Positions 41,259-55,140 of a DNA stretch of 64,000 nt are shown piece after piece; the stretch's first letter is position 1, and each line of letters begins with the position of its first letter. The stretch spans positions 18,736,464 to 18,800,463 of the forward strand of contig NC_043011.1 of assembly GCF_006345805.1 (NCBI RefSeq). The letters run 5' to 3'. The stretch comes from Octopus sinensis (taxonomy: Eukaryota). The position numbers and the translations under genes are program-made. The notes below the pieces were generated by a model. That model did not search any database, was not told the DNA's origin, and saw nothing but the letters and a program-made list of their open reading frames with translations.

Positions 41259-42135
41259 CGTATTGCCATGTCTATAATATCAGTATCAGTGATGATGAAG
41301 CTTTAAAGAAATTACGCCTGCAAGAGCCTGCAGTTAATACTGTGGATCGCATGTCTATTAGACGAAATTTAGAAAGGATAGACATGCGCAGACTGACCAA
41401 AAATACTGCCTCTAACAATAACAAGAACGACGTGATGTTCATAAATTGAATAACGTCGAAGATGGTGGTGGAGACAACAAACGTAGCAGAGTGAAATCAT
41501 TTAGATAAAACAAAAAAGTTGAATTAAAATGAAAATAAAGTAAAGTATGCAACATTCCGTTAATATAATCAGGTAATGCATTCAGGGGCGAGGTCTACTA
41601 AGAATTATATGATATGCCTATTTGAGAATTTCTGACATGAAACAACTCACAAAAAGTACACTCTGTTACATGTAGTTGAATGAGAAATTATTCACGCAAT
41701 AATTCAGACGTTGTTTTGTTAAGCGACGCGGCTTACAACTTTATACATGTGCATGAATCTAATTAGGATCTAGAAAGCAGCAAATTCATAACAGGATCAC
41801 GACACTTCTACAAATATGTGTTAATTTATGCAGACGCCAATGACAAATAAACCTGTTGAGGAAGCATATCAACTGCATTATTCGAAATTAATGAAATAGA
41901 AAACATTCGGACAAAAGAAGCGTAATATACTTGTTCGCAGCTTGTTATTGTAAATCTCTAGTATGTGGCCAAATTCTTACCTGAGGCAGTTACTCGAACT
42001 CTCAGTAGCGATAAATATCAAAACTTAAGAAATGTTCAATTAATATATGTAACTTACTAATACGACATTCTCATAAATGTTATATCATATAATGCCTTTT
42101 TCATTTACGTTATACCTGTTTCTGTTAATTTATGA
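40740..42135. repeat. Inverted repeat pair (~160 bp arms: 40740-40898 and 41972-42135)
   Basis: gttacatatattaattgaacatttcttacgttttgatatttatcgctactgagagttcgagtaac versus its reverse complement gttactcgaactctcagtagcgataaatatcaaaacttaagaaatgttcaattaatatatgtaac. Confidence 0.9.
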
Positions 42136-42749
42136 AATTTCATATAAATGATAAGTTATAATGCCAACCACACATATAGATTTAGATAGATAGATTTAGA
42201 CCCATTTTCACTATGAGTTAGAGTCAACCCCCTTTCTTTACACCGCCGGTGAAATGTCTTGGGACTACAAATCAAAAAACCTCTATCCTACATCCACTTC
42301 GCAGCAGGATTATCAACTAAGTAATCTACTATAAGACTCACCATCCTTTACCTTTATTCTTGTTACCAATGTATCCCTATGTATTTCGCTCTTCTTACCT
42401 CCACATATGTCTATGCATTCTGATGATTTCTGCCGCCAAAAGAGGTAAACAGAAATGATCGTAAATGTACTATTACTACCATTTCTCTTTATTAAGTATA
42501 TAAATTAATGGCTTACTAGCGCAAAGAACCAAATTCTTCCTGCTATTTTTCTTTAATTTTCTTCTTGCATATAATTTAAACTGCGGTTTACTCGCTGAAT
42601 TACCTGCTTCCATACACTGCTTACCAACGACTGTACCAAGGCAGGTAGTCACCAGGGGCGCCTTTGGATTTAACCATCCCTTAGATGTTTTAAACACCTC
42701 TAATTCATATATGTATATATATATATAATATATATATACATATACATAT

Positions 42750-42783
<34 letters not shown>

Positions 42784-43214
42784 ATATATATATACATATA
42801 CATACATATATATTACAGATATAAGCATACACACATACACATTTCTATCATGTCCAACAGCTTCCACATTTCATCCTACGTGTATGAAGTAAGTATAAAT
42901 AAAAATCTCAACAGCAAAAAAGTAAACATGCTAAGCGTAATTTTAAAAGTTTACATCTAATATTTATAAACGTGACAACACATAATTGTATATTTAGCAA
43001 GCGTAAACAATCTACTCTAAATCAATACCTATGGGTATTGAAACCAATAATTCTACGTAATAGAAATTGAAAACAAATAATCTGGAGAGTAACTGAACAA
43101 ATAGGAACAGCTTATTTTCACCGCATACCACAAGTAATCACGACAAACTATCTACTTTTTCAGAGAAAAACATAGAGACACACCATGAATCTCTGATAAT
43201 ATACATATGCATAT

Positions 43215-43287
<73 letters not shown>

Positions 43288-44313
43288 ATACATATATAAA
43301 TATATATATATATATATATATGTATACATACATATATATATATACATATATATGTATATATATATATATATATATAACATATAGTGAACATATATATATA
43401 TATATAAACACACCAGTTTCGTAAATAATTAGAATAATAACGATTACATTAAAATATTTAAATAACAACAGGGAAATACTGATGAGGTTCATCTGAAGAC
43501 TTGCTATATATATATATATATATATATACAAAAACATCAACTAAACTGATAGCATCTTTATTATAGAAGTAAACTTTTCGTCGTCTAATCCCTTTTGGTT
43601 CAGTAACAGCAATCCATATTTTTAGTAGACATACATACACTCTATTTTCTAATCTATATAAAACATTGTTTCTTACCTTGTAAATAAGCAATGCTAAGCC
43701 ATTGCCTACCTGATAGTGAACATTAAAGTGTATCGGGTATAGTAGTACGATACATATCGACAGATGTTCGCACATTCATATACGTTATACACAGACCCAC
43801 ACACAGACGCAAACAAAGGCATACCTGTCACACACACCATCATGTTTGTGTACCCTCTTAGACATGTTTACAAAACGACATAGAACACCTAATAAGCAGA
43901 TAACATCATTTGTAACAGAGACAATGGAATAAATAACTAGATGAACAACTTACGCTGGTTCCAATCTTGGACTTAAACATTCAGCGGTGAGGTGAGTAAT
44001 GCTTTTAACTGGTATGTTTATACTAAAATCATAAGTTTTTGCTTATAGTAAAATTATGATAACGAATTTAAACATAGAAGGTGATATGAACTTCATAAGG
44101 CTACAACATGTGAAATAAATTAAATATCATCATTCTAGGAAATTAATAAACACATGGTTGAAACAATACGAATTGAACTACGCGATCACAAATAATTCTG
44201 AAATCAGACGAGGTGAAGTTAGGCATGTCACGCATAAAATTATTAAGGAATAAATTTCAAACTTGCTAAGCATTTCATTACTCCATGCCATGGACTAAAA
44301 TAGGCAAGATAGT

Positions 44314-44590
<277 letters not shown>

Positions 44591-45564
44591 CATATACGTA
44601 ATATAAGTAAAAATTTCGGTATTGGGGAGCAGAAACCATATCAAACAAAAGTTTAGCCACGAAACATGGTGAACGAACAATATCCACCGCATTAGCATCG
44701 TGACATAGACTGTAGTTGTATATATTTCATCGTTCAGTTGCTTTTTGGAACAAAGATAGAATTTCAAACTAATTAAGTATTTTAGTTTGGAACTTGCAAC
44801 TTTAAATTATTAAGTGCCGCTTCTGTGTTCCATGAATATGTATTTCGCATAATAATATCATGTAATTACTACCATTTTATTTCCCATCTCTTACAAATAT
44901 GATTTTATAAGTGAACATATTACTTTGCGCAGTCATACATACATATCCATATGAATATGTGCGGGTGTGTCTATTTTGTTTGTGTATGTAGTGAATTGAT
45001 AGGAAAAATATATACAAAGGTGTAACGATCAGGATCTCCATTGTAATCAAAGTTCTGTGTAACGGCAGAGGGTGGTAAGAATAGTCTAATACTATTAAAG
45101 GTAAGCAGACCTAGTGTATTTTATCCTGTGGTTAAATGCTGAGCTTGCCTCATTGGATTATAAATTGTTCACCGTGTCCATATCGAAGACAATTGTGTTG
45201 AAATAGCAAATATGTTCTTGTTACCGCTTCTTCTAGCGGAGCTAATGGAACCAGTATTTGATACCTCTTCTATTTCTCTATGAGCAAATCTAGTGTTTAT
45301 ACGTTTCAGCTTTTATTCTATATATCTGATATTTCTATATCGTATCTGATTTAGTGACCCGTTGTTTTACACACATATCTCTGAATCGCATTCATTTGTA
45401 TTTCCCTTAAGGTAAATGATTGTATAATAGTGTGACCTAATTTAGGAACCAGTATTCATGATTCAAACCTAGAATCATCACAGGAGCAATATCATAGAGA
45501 GACAGATAGGTAAACTGCTTGTAAATGCGTAGACGTGTTTGTCTGAGCATGTGTGTGAACTCTA

Positions 45565-45609
<45 letters not shown>

Positions 45610-45722
45610 GTGTATATATATACGTGTATATACATACATATACGAGTGTTTGTATATGTTCCTATGTACATATTCATAATATTTATGTACATTGCACTGC
45701 GTAATATTATCATGGTTTAATA

Positions 45723-46576
45723 CACAGGGTGCAGTGAATAAACTGTCGTATGAATTGCGCAAACGTCTTATTTTAGCAGATGTATTTACCCAAATTACAT
45801 AAACATATCTTGAAATACTAAAGAGTAAATTTATTCAATGAAATCGCCATTGGCGTCAACCACGGCATCGAAACGATTTTGAAATATCTTGCAACTCTTC
45901 AAGATGGTCTCCTTGTTTAAGTTGGCGAATATTGCCATAATCCTTGCCTTCAGTTCATCTTTGCTATCACAAGGAATTATGTTGGTCTCTCATTCGCATG
46001 CGCCCTACACACGATAATCAATTGGGTTGTGGTCTGGGGAGTTTGGTGGCCAGATCTTAGGTGTGATGAGCTCGCAGAAACTGACTGATAAACTTGGCTG
46101 AGTTCTCCTACATCTGTGGCATGGTACAGAGTCCTGTCACCAGACACAGGGTCTTCCAACAGCTACCCTCTTGAACCGGGGCAGCACTACCTCCTCCAGG
46201 CACTTGATGTAAGCCTCCGTGTTGTATCTATGCCGTGTGGGAAGCATAACGTCGCCATCACTAGTGATCGCTCCAAACACTATCATGTTGACTGTATGCT
46301 TGAATTTTAACACTCTCGGCACATGTCCTCGGATTGTACTGCCCTCAGATTGACACCCAACACTCTGAAATATCCGTACTGGAACTTCCGGCGCGAACGT
46401 CAAGCACTAAGCCATGTCATTTCCAAATTACTGGCAGTTTGAATGGTGCTGTTTTTCTCACAGACGGTGCTCAAGACACCCTACCATACTGTATAGACGA
46501 CAAAATATTAACAAACAATGCGCATGAGCAAAATTGAATATATAAATTTGGTACAATTTACCCATCCCACACTGTG
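45723..46576 (-). mobile_element. maT/DD37D Tc1-mariner superfamily transposon, internally deleted and pseudogenised
   Basis: Minus strand: MIVFGAITSDG...YIKCLEEVVLP...W*QDSVPCH...WPPNSPDHNPIDY (37 residues between the two D)...ELKARI...RFDAVVDANGDFIE*. Imperfect TIRs cacagggtgcagtgaataaactg / caatttacccatcccacactgtg, each flanked by TA. Confidence 0.92.
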
Positions 46577-47655
46577 TATTTGGAATGAAAATGGTGAACA
46601 ATCATATTTCTTAACTGAAATATGTTATATACACAAGGTGTGGTCCCATCAGGATATATCTAGAAGTTGTGCTTCCGTTAGCACGACGGTAATTGCTTAC
46701 TCACTCTAAGGAAGGTTCCTTTCACATACTGCATCATCAATTGTACCTAGAATAAACGTTTGCTTCAGAATAATCTTATCAATATTTTCTGGTAATGATG
46801 CTGTTATTGCACTTATTCAGTATGAGCTTATTATACAAAATAACAAGATATCATAAAAGTAAAAGCTACCGTATAACTTAACGGTATTATGTCACAAAAA
46901 CACTCCTTAACTAAAATTATAATTAATTCTGATTCCTACTGACTTAATTGGTGTGATCTACCTTGGAAAATCTTAATGTTTAATTATTTATAAATTTGGA
47001 TATTTAACATAATAGAAAAGCTCACACCATTATTAAACAAGAATGCTGAAAATTTGTTCATGGGCTTTTAACTCTTAATGTTGCAATCTAATATGTGAGG
47101 AACTATATTAAATTCATTTACTACTATATAGTCATTATCTTATAACAATACCGATGTAATAAGGAGTTTTCTTCACCAGTGATGTTAACCAGAGCTTCAA
47201 GCATTATTACGTTTACCTCGTGGGCGTGGAGGTAATCAGGAATTAACTGAACACAGAAAACAGAAAAAAAAACTATGACATAAACTCAACAATACTTAAC
47301 TATACAATTCATTTAATCCACTTTCTTTTATATAGATTTCCTGTTTAATACATCTTTCTGCTCCATCATATTATTATAATATTTACATCAGAATAATGTC
47401 GATGAAAATAATAACATATCACTCAAAATGAATTAGTGCTCTATGGTAAAATAATAACTTGGGACTTACGTGGAAGAAATGAGAGAATTAATACGTTTTA
47501 TAATGCTAGCTCTTTAAATGTAAGAGTCAGTAATCTTTCATAAAACCACATCCCTTTAAGCTAAGACATGTTTCTTCAAAATACGTAACGCGCATGTGTA
47601 TTAAATAGGTCTATCAAGCAAACACACACAGTAAATTAATATCATAGTTAAAAAA

Positions 47656-47977
47656 GACTCCGCCGGTTACGACGACGAGGGTCCCAGCTGATACAATCAA
47701 CGGAACAGCTTGCTCGTGAAATTAACGTGCAAATGGCTGAGCATTCCACAGACACGTGTACCCTTAACGTAGTTCTCGGGGATAATCAGCGTGACACAGA
47801 GAGTGACAAGGCTGACTCTTTGAAATACAAGTACAACTCATTTTTGCCAGCTGAGTGGACTGGAGCAACGTGAAATAAAGTGTCTTGCTCAAGGACACAA
47901 CGCGTCGCCGGGAATCGAACTCACAACCTTACGATCATGAGCCGAATGCCCTAACCACTAAGCCACGCGCCCTCACC
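47656..47977 (-). mobile_element. tRNA-derived SINE (OR-like, CORE-like middle), full length and well preserved
   Basis: Head gagggcgcgtggcttagtggttagggcattcggctcatgatcgtaaggttgtgagttcgattccc, then ttgtgtccttgagcaagacactttatttcac, then the tail shared with 12622-12977. Confidence 0.93.
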
Positions 47978-48489
47978 AATATCATAGTAATCATCATTAA
48001 GATGTCCGAAAATGATCGTGGCTCGGGAGATATATATATATATGGCATGTAAATGGAACTGTAGATCATTAAACAAATAAACACGTAGGTTTTAAACAAC
48101 GATTAATAAAAGTATATAAAACAATGTCTCTCTCTCTCTGTCTTATATATATAAGACTTAGTGTGTAACGTATTAGGTAGATATATAAACAGATATATAT
48201 TAATTATGAACACAATAAATCGTTTTTCGAATCTTAGTGAATTCTCATCCGTTATGTATACACCGGTTTGACAAAACCTAGATTGGGGCTACTAATTTAA
48301 ATGCGTTAAAGATCCAGTCAACGAGGATCATTTACATGGTGTGAAGGTATTACTCAGATTGTCAGCGTATGTTATCATATGTGTAAAATAAAGTAGATAT
48401 ATAAATGCGGGTACTTCGGTTGCTTCCTATATATATATATGTATCACTATATATATATATCCTATATATATATATATCCCTAGCCCAAC

Positions 48490-49140
48490 AGTAAGGAAAA
48501 GGAATAATAAAAATAGGAAGGTCATCTGGTTTACGCCCCCTTACTCACCCGAGTAAATATTTCCTAGCACTGATAGATAGACATTTTCCAGTTAACCATA
48601 CTTATAGGAAACTCTTCAATAGACACAATTTAAAAATTAGTTTTAGTTCAACTACCAATTTTAAAAACATAATCAAACATAACTTACAAAAAACACAAGA
48701 ATTGTGCCCGCTAAATGGAGCTTGCATGTCCAAGACCATCATATATGAAGCTACCGTAAACTCTATAACCACTAAAGACACCGTTTCGACGAAGAAATAC
48801 GTGGGCCTTACAGAGGGTAATTTCAAGGCCAGGTTCAATAACCACACTTTGAGCTTTAGGCACTGGAACAAAAGAAAAGCGACACAATTATCTAATCATA
48901 TTTGGTATTTAAGAGATAAAGGTGTCGATTATAACATACAATGGAAGATTTTGGCCAGATGTAAGCCCTACACCAACGGCAGCGGAAGTGCGGTCTATGC
49001 GAGATGGAGAGATGGCTTATCTGGAAAAGCAGCTTATACTCTACTACACGTCTAAATACAAGGACAGAACTTTTCGGATCATGCCCACATGTGACAAAAT
49101 TTCTGTTACGTTTTTGGTCCCCTAAAGAAAACAGATAGAA
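48490..49140 (+). mobile_element. Penelope-like element C-terminus: linker and GIY-YIG endonuclease (Nematis-like, tentative)
   Basis: RKVIWFTPPYS...YFLALIDRHFP..H.YRKLFNRHNLKISFS...CPLNGAC...IIYEATV...KKYVGLTEGNFKARFNNH..SF...TQLSNHIW.L...(frameshift) KCGLCEME...RLNTRTELFGSCPH. Confidence 0.92.
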
Positions 49141-49320
49141 CATGCTTTCTATGTTATGTCCCAAGAAGATTTTATATATTATTATATATTTTTTATGTAT
49201 TTTTATATAATTTTTATGACGAAAAATGCGAGCGATGTATAAGTACGCAGGCAAGCAGAGTTATAACACAGTAATTTCCCTTTATTTAACGGTATTTTTT
49301 CATAGCGTTTTCAAATAGCC

Positions 49321-49383
49321 AGATAACCGAAGAGATGGTGTTGTGGATTTCCACTTCGGCATCTGAAACTCAGAGTCTTATCT
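49321..49383 (+). ncRNA. Minimal type I hammerhead ribozyme in the PLE 3' terminus (CCGAAGA core)
   Basis: Stem I AGAUAA/UUAUCU; core CCGAAGA; stem II GAUG/CAUC with inner GUGG/CCAC hairpin; extra U, then GAA; stem III ACUC-A-GAGU; predicted cleavage after C49377. Confidence 0.8.
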
Positions 49384-49485
49384 TGACTACCGAGTAATGT
49401 AACATATTATTGTATAGATACATTTCCTCTATTTACATAATATTGAGGTCTCTTTCTTTCTTTTGTTATTTTACCGTTTTATCAA

Positions 49486-49539
<54 letters not shown>

Positions 49540-49647
49540 TAAATATATACATATATATATATATATATATAAATATATATATATATAAATAAATATATAT
49601 ATATATAAATAAATATATATATATATATAAATAAATATATATATATA

Positions 49648-49678
<31 letters not shown>

Positions 49679-49682
49679 ATAA

Positions 49683-49760
<78 letters not shown>

Positions 49761-49834
49761 CATATATATACACGTACATATACTACATATACATATGTGT
49801 GTGTATGATTGTATCTATTTGTCCACATTTACAG

Positions 49835-50010
49835 CTTAACAACCGGTAATGGCGTGTTTACGTTCCAGAAAACTAAAGGTGCGACAAAATAGTCAGATAG
49901 AATAATTACCAGGCATAAAAAATATATCCTTGGGTCGATTTCTTCGACTAAAGCGCAGCGACACAGCATGGTCGCAGTCGTATGAATGAACAAAGTAAAA
50001 GTGAAGATAT
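49835..50010 (+). mobile_element. Degenerate SINE 3' half
   Basis: ccttgggtcgatttcttcgactaaagcgcagcgacacagcatggtcgcagtc resembles octopus SINE tails (inference from recall). Confidence 0.5.
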
Positions 50011-50310
50011 GATATATGTATGCATGTGTGTATGTATGCATATATATATACATATGTGTGTGTGTGTGTGAGTATGTACGTGTGTGTGTCTGTTATAGTA
50101 GGTGAATACATACTTTCAGATGCACATATTCAATCATAATTAATATATATTGATATACGTATGTATATACATATGTCTATACTTCTATATTCAATATATC
50201 TACACCAACCAATTCTCTCAAACACCATCCTACATACGATTAAAAACAACAGAGCGCGAAAGAGAATTAGCCAATTATATATACATACACACACACATAC
50301 ACACACGCAT

Positions 50311-50382
<72 letters not shown>

Positions 50383-50403
50383 TTATATATATATATATAT
50401 ATA

Positions 50404-51212
50404 CAGAATGAGTGAGAGTTAAAATTTTAATTATATTAAGGGATCTTTAAATCAATAACAATAACAATTACTGAGTTTCTGAGACCCCTTACTTGTGTGT
50501 ATATATTTCTGTGCCACAGTGGCATGTGCTGGTATATGATTACTAATTCTATCGTGATATGAATATCCACGAAGGATTTAAAAATCACGTGAATGTTCAT
50601 GCTAAAATAAAGCGAATATATCCCGTTTTTGCTAATGCGAATGTAATTGCACAGGAACAGAATTAACCATTCAATTATTTTATTAAAAACGCGTAGATAA
50701 TTAACAATGACAAAATAATCAGTGGTAAGTCTATTGTAGCGAAGAAACACTGTAAAAATAAGAGGAGACACGTTAAATTTAACTCAAAATATAAAAAAAG
50801 AGCTCATAGGAAGGTATTTCAAACTGAAGATATTAACAATTATAAATTTTCAGTAAATCTAAAGAAACATCTGAACTTCATTGTAACATGTTCAACGACT
50901 AAAAATGGAATAAAAATATGGTTTGAAAAACAACTTATATACGTGTTAACATTTCTTGAAAACACATTACGATTCACGGTAAATAGAAATATATACACTG
51001 CACGTACAGAATATTTCCCAAATTAATGCATAAGTGTGTTTTGCAGATATAAAAATAGCCTACATAGAAAAACCCATAATTTGCGTGTGCGTATATAAAA
51101 GCCCGTATATTTTTTTATATTGTCGTTCAGATAATACTAAATAGTTGTAAATTAGCAATATATGTATAATAATCCATGTATTTATTTGACTCTCTTTTCT
51201 CTCTGTCTGTCC

Positions 51213-51254
<42 letters not shown>

Positions 51255-52227
51255 TATATATATATATATTGAAAAATTATATGTTTCTCTGAATCTTCAG
51301 ATTTTTCTATATGCTAGACCGCCGGTTTTTAAATTGACATTAATAAAATTAATATTCAAATTTTAACACTTATTATTTTGAATATATATATATAATATAT
51401 ATAATATATATATATATACAGAATGAGTGAGAGTTAAAATTTTAATTATATTAAGGGATCTTTAAATCAATAACAATAACAATTACTGAGTTTCTGAGAC
51501 CCCTTACTTGTGTGTATATATTTCTGTGCCACAGTGGCATGTGCTGGTATATGATTACTAATTCTATCGTGATATGAATATCCACGAAGGATTTAAAAAT
51601 CACGTGAATGTTCATGCTAAAATAAAGCGAATATATCCCGTTTTTGCTAATGCGAATGTAATTGCACAGGAACAGAATTAACCATTCAATTATTTTATTA
51701 AAAACGCGTAGATAATTAACAATGACAAAATAATCAGTGGTAAGTCTATTGTAGCGAAAGAAACACTGTAAAAATAAGAGGAGACACGTTAAATTTAACT
51801 CAAAATATAAAAAAAGAGCTCATAGGAAGGTATTTCAAACTGAAGATATTAACAATTATAAATTTTCAGTAAATCTAAAGAAACATCTGAACTTCATTGT
51901 AACATGTTCAACGACTAAAAATGGAATAAAAATATGGTTTGAAAAACAACTTATATACGTGTTAACATTTCTTGAAAACACATTACGATTCACGGTAAAT
52001 AGAATATATACACTGCACGTACAGAATATTTCCCAAATTAATGCATAAGTGTGTTTTGCAGATATAAAAATAGCCTACATAGAAAAACCCATAATTTGCG
52101 TGTGCGTATATAAAAGCCCGTATATATTTTTTATATTGTCGTTCAGATAATACTAAATAGTTGTAAATTAGCAATATATGTATATAATCCATGTATTTAT
52201 TTGACTCTCTTTTCTCTCTGTCTGTCC

Positions 52228-52271
<44 letters not shown>

Positions 52272-52394
52272 ATATATATATAATATTGAAAAATTATATG
52301 TTTCTCTGAATCTTCAGATTTTTCTATATGCTAGACCGCCGGTTTTTAAATTGACATTAACAAAATTAATATTCAAATTTTAACACTTATTATT

Positions 52395-52400
<6 letters not shown>
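50404..52400. repeat. Tandem duplication, period 1015 bp, bounded by (TA)n tracts
   Basis: cagaatgagtgagagttaaaatttt... occurs at 50404 and 51419. The copies are near-identical apart from a few small indels and one substitution I noticed. Confidence 0.97.
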
Positions 52401-52454
<54 letters not shown>

Positions 52455-52456
<2 letters not shown>

Positions 52457-52680
52457 CGGAGATGTACTTGCATGGCAAGTGACTTGATCTGAGATCGTGT
52501 GGTGCAACGAAAACAATTGCAGCGTGGAAGGTGTTTATAAGCCATTTAACAAACACACAAAACCGTTAGATTCACTTCAACATTTATATTTTATGTGTCA
52601 AAATATTTTCGTCGCTTTGAGACCGCGACCTGTCCACTGACAAAACTTTGTGCCGCATCTGAGAAAGTAACAGTTAGTTC
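52455..52680 (-). mobile_element. PLE-like terminus with a hammerhead-like fold; partial inverted copy at 53090-53197
   Basis: 52521-52623 is the reverse complement of 53090-53192. Both 3' ends abut (TA)n. PLE assignment is inference. Confidence 0.6.
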
Positions 52681-53003
52681 ATGATATATATGTACGTATG
52701 TATGTGTGTGTGTATGTCTGTATGTATGTATGTGTGTATGTATGTATGTATGTACGTATGTATGCGTGTATGTGTGTATGTATGTGTGTACATGTTTGTG
52801 CGCATGCATGTGTGCATGCCTATACGCATGTATGTATGTACCTATGTACTTACGTATGTATGTGAGTATTTAGGAGAGTGTGTAGACGTGTCTGTGTGTT
52901 TGTACATGTATGTATATGTGAACGTATGTTTATGTACTGATATGTATACAAGTTGTATACATGACTGTTACCTTGTTGAAGGTGAATATATATGTATACA
53001 CAC

Positions 53004-53050
<47 letters not shown>

Positions 53051-54230
53051 TGTGTGCGTGCGTTTGTCTCTCTCTCACCACCGTCTAACGTCTCAAAGTG
53101 GCGAAAATATTTTGACAAATAAAATTTAAATGTTGAAGTGAATCTAACGGTTGTGTGTGTTTCTTAAATGGCTTATAAACACCTTCCACGCTACAAGTGT
53201 ATATATATATATATATATATATATATTCGTAAACTAACAGTAGTTTGTAGTGTTAGGAAACCGGACGTTTAGACGGAATCTGGTATGTGCCTATTATCCA
53301 CTTAATGAAAATAATCCATTTATTTCTTGTATTTATAAAATAGGAGAGTCTGTGGTGTGTTTAAAGCGTGACTTAAATACTACTTTCTATATACCTGGTA
53401 TCCTCTTAATGTTTTCAAAGCTAGTTTAAGTCTAATATGCACGACACAAACGTAAATTGGTGAAAGCATGTGAAATAAGACAACTTATTTAATATTTTGT
53501 TAGCCTCGTACTTTCTTCATAAAAAAAGGTGAGGCATGGATTTAAGGAAGTAAGTATATATGTTAGAGGAGATACCTGTATCTGTTGTATTAAATCATAT
53601 TGATTTGATTTCTGTTTCTTGTGTATAATTTTTGTTGTGCTTAAGAGAATCCAAACTATCAATTAAAAAATCATTCACATCTTGTACAGATCAGAATAGA
53701 TAAAAATATAATGACTTATATAATAATCATTGAGGTTACTCGTATAAATATTTTTGGTATATTATCTAATAACGTATGCTACCAATATTTCGTAAAAGGT
53801 TATAAGATAATTTCGTTATAATAGTTTTTAAAATAGTGTTATTTTTATTATTTATAACATATTATCGTTATATTTTTCAAAAATAAATATAATATTCAAT
53901 AGCTAATGAAGTGTGATTTACGAATGATTCAGCATTGAAGTAGAGTAATTATGAATATTGTCTAAAAAGAAAATTAAATACAATACAAGAGTATTGATGA
54001 TTGATGGTTGTTCTATATTCTAAATTGATGTAATGTTTGCATTGTTCAATTAAATTAAGTTGCATGAAACGATTGTTCTGCATTACCTCTGGATATCCTT
54101 GTTGCCTATTTTGATTATAATCACATTATTTTAAAATGTATGGATAATACCATACTAAAATCTGGTACCTCAAAGTAAGTACCATATTCATCTGAATCTA
54201 AATCTTATATATATATATATAATATATATA

Positions 54231-54261
<31 letters not shown>

Positions 54262-54593
54262 GGGTACAGCAGAAGTAAAGCCCTTTCGTATTTGTATGTT
54301 TATAGTTTTCTAGTTTCAACTGGATGGTACAGCACCTCAATATGGGTAAAATTTTCAGTTTTGACGAAATCTTAAATACTTGTAAATAACCCCTAAAACC
54401 TATGTATATATCTCATAATTTTGTATACATTAAGAATATCAGTCCAAAGACCCTGACAATACTTAGTACGTAACTTGTAATTTTCAGATAAAATGAAGTT
54501 ACATTCCAAATTACCTTCAGAAAGATTGAAGCGTTACATCCCTTCTACTGCAATCATTATTGTCAACAACAAAAATAGTGCCTTCAAGCCTTA

Positions 54594-54639
54594 CCTTGGA
54601 AAATCTGATAAGCGTAAGACGCGAAACCGGTACTCCCAG
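54594..54639 (+). ncRNA. Degenerate minimal hammerhead ribozyme (CUGAUAA core) in a (TA)n-bounded cassette (54262-54790)
   Basis: CUGAUAA GCGU AAG ACGC GAA ACCGGU A CUCCCAG: 4-bp stem II and palindromic stem III. The 5' strand of stem I is eroded. Confidence 0.65.
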
Positions 54640-54800
54640 TTTATTATATAATGTTGTAATACAACTCTTTGTTCCATTATGATCTTAATATTGGCATAAA
54701 TTTTATTATACAAACCTCGTGTGCGACTTTTTACGCATTTTTCTTTCTTAAATTCTACAACCACGTGTAAGCAACATCTGGTACCTTTATGCTATGTATG

Positions 54801-55140
<340 letters not shown>

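Noticed and set aside
42420-42465. CUGAUGA followed by a UUUCUG/CAGAAA stem
   Set aside because: No GAAA box after the stem and no stems I or III; not a hammerhead as it stands.
47905-47977. tRNA gene
   Set aside because: The tRNA-like region continues into SINE body and tail and lacks a closed acceptor stem and terminator. The same applies to 12905-12977 and 63835-63905.
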